Origin: Opitutales bacterium
Lineage (GTDB): Bacteria; Verrucomicrobiota; Verrucomicrobiia; Opitutales; PNEW01
Assembly: GCA_965197745.1 (NCBI GenBank)
Contig: CBDANS010000007.1
Coordinates: forward strand, 1,628,306 to 1,692,305
Length of the DNA: 64,000 nucleotides
Reading direction: 5' to 3'
In this document: positions 59,385 through 64,000 of the stretch, piece by piece
Numbering within the stretch: the stretch's first letter is position 1
Layout: each line of letters opens with the position of its first letter
Position numbers and translations under genes: made by a program
Notes under the pieces: generated by a model
What the model saw: only the letters and a program-made list of their open reading frames with translations
Databases searched by the model: none
What the model was told of the DNA's origin: nothing

Positions 59385-59924
59385 TTGCCTCGGGAGTTCA
59401 TCGAAACGTTTATCGAGGCCTCCTCAAAGTATGCGGAAGTCACCGACGAATTAAACAACTTCATCGATCGGCTCAACCAGGTAAAATCAGCTGAGACCGA
59501 TAACCTGACTGAGGTCGAGATTGATTCCATGTTTTATTTTGACCCGAAATTTGTGGACGAGGTGGACGAGGCAGGACTCGAACTGAAAAAGCTATATCTA
59601 AAAGAATTTGCAGTAGATATGCACTACCAATCGACCAATGTTTTCTGGATTGGAGAAGGGACTGAAAAAGAACTTTATCCTGAAGGAGATGATACAAAAC
59701 CTGTCTTTGGGGGAAACGCGATCTATTACAGAAGTAAGGACAATTTACCTTCATGGATTCCAGACGATAAAGTAAATCTTGAGTTGCCTCCCCCATCGAA
59801 TTTTAATCCCCGTTTGCATACCGACCCGGATACAGAACCCTTTATCTGGGTTCCTGCTGGAACATGGGGATTCTTTTGTATTGATCGACAATGGAAGATA
59901 GCGATCATCCGTTCTGGAACATAA
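59385..59924 (+). CDS. Hypothetical protein; the listed TTG start is 3 bp from the IS end, so it is probably a 5'-truncated gene
   Basis: 179-aa ORF with acidic composition. No family recognised. Confidence 0.35.
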   Translation: MPREFIETFIEASSKYAEVTDELNNFIDRLNQVKSAETDNLTEVEIDSMFYFDPKFVDEVDEAGLELKKLYLKEFAVDMHYQSTNVFWIGEGTEKELYPEGDDTKPVFGGNAIYYRSKDNLPSWIPDDKVNLELPPPSNFNPRLHTDPDTEPFIWVPAGTWGFFCIDRQWKIAIIRSGT

Positions 59925-60132
59925 TTCGATCGACTGGGATGAAACAGTTTAGCCGAGTAAACGAGCGAAGACAGCCATTGGCAAAGGAAGAGAAGTCAAA
60001 GGATGATGGGATTAATCATGCCTAATCCTCGTGCTTCAGTATTGAGTCGGCATTCCCCAACCTTACAAAGTACATCCGTCATTTTGAATGGTTGACACTG
60101 TCGCAATTTCCAGTCACCTCGACACTTGAATA

Positions 60133-60172
60133 GTGATCGGACCCCATTATTCGCACCAGTTTAAGTAAGGGA
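60133..60172 (+). mobile_element. Solo IS-A-type terminal inverted repeat
   Basis: TGATCGGACCCCATTATTCGCACCAGTTTAAGTAAGGGAG matches the right ends at 57955 and 44966. No transposase sequence follows it. Confidence 0.6.
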
Positions 60173-60368
60173 GCAAGGGAAATCAAAGATGGCCTAAGCA
60201 CATTGTCGACCTGTTACCGGATTCGTTCGAGGAGTCGGAGTAATGACTGAGCTGAACTAAGTGAAGCACCAACCCATAACCCTCAAAGTCATTACGATTT
60301 ACGAACTGCCTTTCGACTGCGCCAGCCAGAGACAACGAATAACTCCATGGTGATGTACCCACGAGCCG

Positions 60369-60833
60369 TTACCGGGCGGGGGCATCCACAGCCAAATCGG
60401 TGGTGATGAGGGCGAAAATGCCCTCTATATCGCGCGCCGGGACAGAGCGGGTGATCATCCAAATCTCACCGCCACCCGCATCAAAGTAAGGGGCTGTCCA
60501 GACGCCCGTATTCGCTGCCAATGGCGCTGTAACCCAGACCTGAGTCTCAATGTTGTAGGTGGGTGTGGCGAGGTCGTGGGTGGCGTAGCCGTCGGCGGTG
60601 CGATAGACATAGGGGCAAGTGGTGACCACACCAGCATGATCGAGCAGCGCAGCGGCACTGCCGTGGAACGCGGGGTTGGCCTCCAAGTAGGCCCGTAAGC
60701 GCTCCGTATACGCGGCTGGATTGGCTGGTCGTTCCACCTCCAACTCTGCCACCAAGGTGTCGAGGGCGGCAACCACCGCAGTCTTCAAGCCCTCCTGAGT
60801 GGGCGCGCTAGGACTACAGCCTTGGGCAGTCAA
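60369..60833 (-). CDS. Small Cache/PDC-type sensor-domain protein, lipoprotein-like; the N-terminus is unclear (possible frameshift)
   Basis: VWTAPYFDAGGGEIWMITRSVPA....GIFALITTDL is a Cache_1-like signature. Upstream in frame it reads RAAALSLLLLTFLTAQGC, but the only ATG is in another frame. G+C-rich. Confidence 0.5.
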   Translation of the reverse strand: MTAQGCSPSAPTQEGLKTAVVAALDTLVAELEVERPANPAAYTERLRAYLEANPAFHGSAAALLDHAGVVTTCPYVYRTADGYATHDLATPTYNIETQVWVTAPLAANTGVWTAPYFDAGGGEIWMITRSVPARDIEGIFALITTDLAVDAPAR

Positions 60834-60959
60834 GAAGGTAAGCAGCAGCAGAGACAGGGCCGCTGCTCGAACATGAGGTGATGGGTTTGGAACCTAGGGG
60901 CGATGTATTGCCATGGAGCGTAAACGAGACGGGTTGGTTTAGGGACTGATATACACAAC

Positions 60960-61081
60960 TGTACTTGTTGCCTTGTTGCAACTTGATCTAACAGACACTG
61001 TTTTATCAAATCGCAACTCTTCCAGAGAATAACATTGATTGTTTTCTTCTCAACTTCCAATCAAATAATAAGTTATCGTCG
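60960..61081 (-). repeat. MITE-like element, right-half copy in inverted orientation
   Basis: tgtacttgttgccttgttgcaacttgatctaacagacactgttttatcaaatcgcaactcttccagagaataacattgattgttttcttctcaacttcc... is the reverse complement of 61468-61580 with a few substitutions. Confidence 0.7.
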
Positions 61082-61315
61082 TGGAGTGCCCCAAAAATCC
61101 ACTCGAAAATTCTTGGCCGATTCCTGGTCGAATATCATCAAAAAATATGATTCCTGCCAAACATTTAGAGGCAAGGTCAGGAAGTTAGAGGAAAATATAA
61201 ATTATTATTGAATCGTTATTTACGTGTAACTAATTGTTATTAAGCAGCTTAAAAATCATTATTGAGTCCCGTTCATAGTCGGTACATCGAGTCGTTCCAC
61301 AACCTCTCACCCGAT

Positions 61316-61353
61316 GTACCTAGGAACGTAGTGACGACATAGCGAAGCGCTCA
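61316..61353 (+). repeat. Short intragenic insert, type T1
   Basis: gtacctaggaacgtagtgacgacatagcgaagcgctca. Confidence 0.85.
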
Positions 61354-61389
61354 TGTTTGAACCGTGAAGTGTGCTCAGTGTGGCTGAAG

Positions 61390-61582
61390 TGTACAAAACG
61401 GTATTTGATATTAGGGACAGTGTCAGATTCAAGAGCCGCTTGTACGAATATTTTCTTCTCAACTTCTGACGATAACTTTTTGGTTGATCGGAAGTTGAGA
61501 AGAAAACAATCAATGTTATTCTCTGGAAGAGTTGCGATTTGATCAAGCAGTGTCTGATAGATCTAGTCGTAACAAGTACAGC
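61390..61582 (+). repeat. MITE-like element, full copy (about 191-193 bp)
   Basis: Interrupts ..SVAEA|QVLIE... Flanked by the duplicated CTGAAG (61384-61389 and 61583-61588). Ends TGTACAAAAC... and ...AACAAGTACA. Internal near-perfect hairpin TTCTTCTCAACTTC-N23-GGAAGTTGAGAAGAA. Confidence 0.7.
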
Positions 61583-61825
61583 CTGAAGCTCAAGGGGTAA
61601 TCGAACCATGCCGTCATACCTACAACCATGAACATTCCCACAGTCGTTTAGTCTTTAAAAGCTCGCAAGAGTTTGTCAGTTTCCTCTCCGACCTTGGCCA
61701 CGTTCGGGCTGCGCCCTCACTTCGCCAGGATCTCTCATATACATCACTCCTTAAACCATTAACACCCCGTAACTCTCTCTCTTAATAATTGATTCGAATA
61801 ACGGGGTCCAATCAGGTTAATTAGG

Positions 61826-63901
61826 TCAAAAACTTAAACGTATACCGGTAGTAATATTCCACCCCGGCAGCGGAGCAACATCTTTCAAAACTGAGGAGTG
61901 TACGCGGCCTTCTGCATCTGTTAAATTTTTGCCGATGACGAAGACTTCCCATTCGACACTTCTGAATTGCAAGCGGTAGGCAAAGTCGGCATTGAGGAAA
62001 GTGTAACTGTCGGTGAGAAATTCTCCGGGTGCCACACGGTCCTGCTCTCCGTGGTGGCTAACGGCAATACCTGCTGTCCAGGTTGGCGTTTCCTGCTCCA
62101 GTCGCGTGCCGAAACGCCAGGGCGGTATACGCGGAAGCGGAGTATCAATAGACTCATTCGTCGCGCGCACAAAATCAGAGGTCATGATGAGGTGAAGGCG
62201 TTTGCTTTCGGTATCGATAAAATGGAGCGTCGCTTCCGCTTCCAGACCGTAAAACGTGGCTTCGCTTTCCGTGTATTCGAATATCCCGAAACCTTCTGCC
62301 TCTAGCTCTCCGAAGCGGGTTTCTGCTTCCTCAAGTTCGAGTTCGTTTAGATAGATGAAGTTGTCGAAAGCGTTGTAATAAAAATTGACTGATCCAGTTA
62401 TAAATCCCGTCATTTTCCTTAGAGAGAGATCAAGACCGAATGCTTCCTCAAGGTTCAACGTCATATTCCCTATCTCAAAAGACTGTGTCGCGACGTGGGG
62501 TCCAAAAGCCAGCAATTCCGTGGCGCTCGGGGCGCGTTGGGAGAAGGTGATTGAGGACGCCGCTGCCCATTCGTCGGCGGGATTATAAACCAGTCCAGTT
62601 GAAACGTTAAGCGTGGATTCATCGCCCTTACGAAAAACAGTCTCGCCAGGGTCGATTTCCTGATTCTCATAGCGAAAACCGAACTCCCAAGATCCCCAGT
62701 CAAACTCCGCACGCTCAACAATGAATAGTGCCCAATTCAAAGTCTCATTTGAGGGGATGAAAGCCTCATCACCGATGGCAGCGAAGTCATCATGCTTGAA
62801 GTTAAATCCTAGAACACCATTAAATCCCACCATGGGCTGGTGCACTGCGAGAATACGCGCTTCGACTCCATCTCGATCAAACTGGGTGCCGACTGCGTCG
62901 CCTTCCAGCTCGGTATGCATGTAATCCACTACCCCGAGACGAAATTCAGTGCTTTCCAAAAAAAGGACCGGTTCACGGATTTCTGCTCTCAGGTCAAAAC
63001 GATATTGCTCGAGGTCGATGGAAACCAATTCCTCTTCACCCTCTTCTTCATGTCCATGGCTTCGGGGCACACCATACAGGCTGTTATAGGTGGAGACCGA
63101 GGCGCCGAAGGTTCCTTTGTCCCAAAACCAGGCAAAACCCGCAGTTCCGCTCTCAGTTTCAACTGCGCTGTTTTCCAGCACACCAGAAACTTCATCTTCT
63201 ACTTCCCTTTCAGCTTCTTCCAACGCGCGAAACCGGGCCGACTCGGCAAAACCGGGTATCTCCACATCTTCAGACTCTCGGATAGCGCCGCCGACATGCC
63301 AGGCGAAATTACCTGCCGCTCCTTCAATCGAGACAACGCCACTGACCTCATCCGCCGCCGTGCCAAAGCGAAATTCTCCATTCCCACTTAAGGGTGCTTC
63401 GGGCTTCTCGCGGGGAATATCCTTACCTATCACATTGACGATTCCCCCGATGGCTGAATTGCCGTAAAGCAAAGTAGCTGCCCCGCGCACGATTTCCACC
63501 CGTTCGGTCAACAGGGGTTCAATACCCACAGCGTGGTCGGGACTGGTGTTGGAGACGTCGAAACTGTCGATATCACTGGTCAATACGCGCACGCGTTCGC
63601 CATCGAAACCGCGGATAATGGGTCGACTCGCACCCGGCCCAAAGTAACTCGAATTGATCCCTGGCTGGTTGCTTAATGTCTCTCCCAGGGTGGACTGAGC
63701 ACTACGCTTTAGGTTACTTTTATCAAGGACGGTTGCCGGAAGGGCTATATCTTTTAAATCATCTACGAGTGGACCTGCTGAAACGATATACTGTTTGAGT
63801 TCAACGACACTTTCATCGCTGTCTTCAGCTTGAACGTAAAGCTGAGAAATTACTAAGGCAGGTATTAAACCTGTGAGTATAACTCTTTTTAGCACGTTCA
63901 T
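61826..63901 (-). CDS. TonB-dependent outer-membrane receptor with a His/Glu-rich loop (possible metal uptake)
   Basis: Signal peptide, plug (ERVEIVRGAATLLYGNSAIGGIVNVI), loop PRSHGHEEEGEEE and a terminal ..TTGIRLSF. Confidence 0.9.
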   Translation of the reverse strand: MNVLKRVILTGLIPALVISQLYVQAEDSDESVVELKQYIVSAGPLVDDLKDIALPATVLDKSNLKRSAQSTLGETLSNQPGINSSYFGPGASRPIIRGFDGERVRVLTSDIDSFDVSNTSPDHAVGIEPLLTERVEIVRGAATLLYGNSAIGGIVNVIGKDIPREKPEAPLSGNGEFRFGTAADEVSGVVSIEGAAGNFAWHVGGAIRESEDVEIPGFAESARFRALEEAEREVEDEVSGVLENSAVETESGTAGFAWFWDKGTFGASVSTYNSLYGVPRSHGHEEEGEEELVSIDLEQYRFDLRAEIREPVLFLESTEFRLGVVDYMHTELEGDAVGTQFDRDGVEARILAVHQPMVGFNGVLGFNFKHDDFAAIGDEAFIPSNETLNWALFIVERAEFDWGSWEFGFRYENQEIDPGETVFRKGDESTLNVSTGLVYNPADEWAAASSITFSQRAPSATELLAFGPHVATQSFEIGNMTLNLEEAFGLDLSLRKMTGFITGSVNFYYNAFDNFIYLNELELEEAETRFGELEAEGFGIFEYTESEATFYGLEAEATLHFIDTESKRLHLIMTSDFVRATNESIDTPLPRIPPWRFGTRLEQETPTWTAGIAVSHHGEQDRVAPGEFLTDSYTFLNADFAYRLQFRSVEWEVFVIGKNLTDAEGRVHSSVLKDVAPLPGWNITTGIRLSF

Positions 63902-63969
63902 AGGAAAAAATTAACCCTCTAAATCGTTCTTGAGAATCGAAGCAAGCTATGTATGTAAAGTCAACCTGA

Positions 63970-63990
63970 TAATGCAAGTTACTTGCATTA
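63970..63990. promoter_or_regulatory. Perfect 21-bp palindrome, a candidate operator upstream of the TonB-dependent receptor
   Basis: TAATGCAAGT-T-ACTTGCATTA, located 69-89 bp upstream of the ATG at 63901 (minus strand). Confidence 0.4.
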
Positions 63991-64000
63991 GTGTATTTAT

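Larger units (their letters stand above)
61098..61814 (+). repeat. Duplicated composite segment S2 (equals S1 plus a MITE insertion)
   Basis: Collinear with 54534-55052, roughly 85 percent identical by eye. About 199 bp longer because of the element at 61390-61582. Confidence 0.8.

Noticed and set aside
39823-61353. The short GTACCGAGG... elements considered as CRISPR repeats or spacers, integron attC sites, or IS terminal-repeat footprints
   Set aside because: Their spacing is not regular. They lack attC-type R'/R'' core sites. They show no similarity to the TG...GACCCC inverted repeats of the IS elements in the window. They are kept as an unexplained repeat family instead.

Overview
The window has two parts. 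Positions 1-32604 are an ordinary housekeeping backbone. It carries a transglutaminase-like protein, GH172/DUF2961, the mreB-mreC-mreD-mrdA rod-shape cluster, a CPA2 antiporter, a family-B DNA polymerase, RNase R, glyA, purD, mpl, argA, xerD, modAB, accA, a SET-domain protein and xth. A prepilin-type N-terminus (FTLIELLTVIAIIGILAALLIP) and the overall gene content suggest a PVC/Verrucomicrobia-like genome, at low confidence. From about 32.6 kb to at least 61.8 kb the sequence is an accessory island. It opens with a tyrosine integrase, a 9 x 10-bp iteron-like array, a small HTH protein and a wHTH protein. The rest is a heavily rearranged mosaic: at least 8 copies or fragments of IS3-family elements (three sub-lineages, here called IS-A, IS-B and IS-C), a second integrase pseudogene, restriction-modification remnants, three DUF5677-like genes, a DUF4238 gene, two orphan Cache-type proteins and two TonB-dependent receptors. 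Patches of visibly high and low G+C alternate throughout. The most unusual signal is a family of 34-45 nt elements with the pattern [G/C]T[A/T]CCGAG...GCGAC(GAC)A...GCGAAGC. They sit inside transposase reading frames at four fixed codon positions in different IS lineages, and they also form an intergenic cluster at 56.96-57.24 kb. Most rearrangement breakpoints in the island fall at these same positions. No rRNA, tRNA or CRISPR array was recognised by eye.
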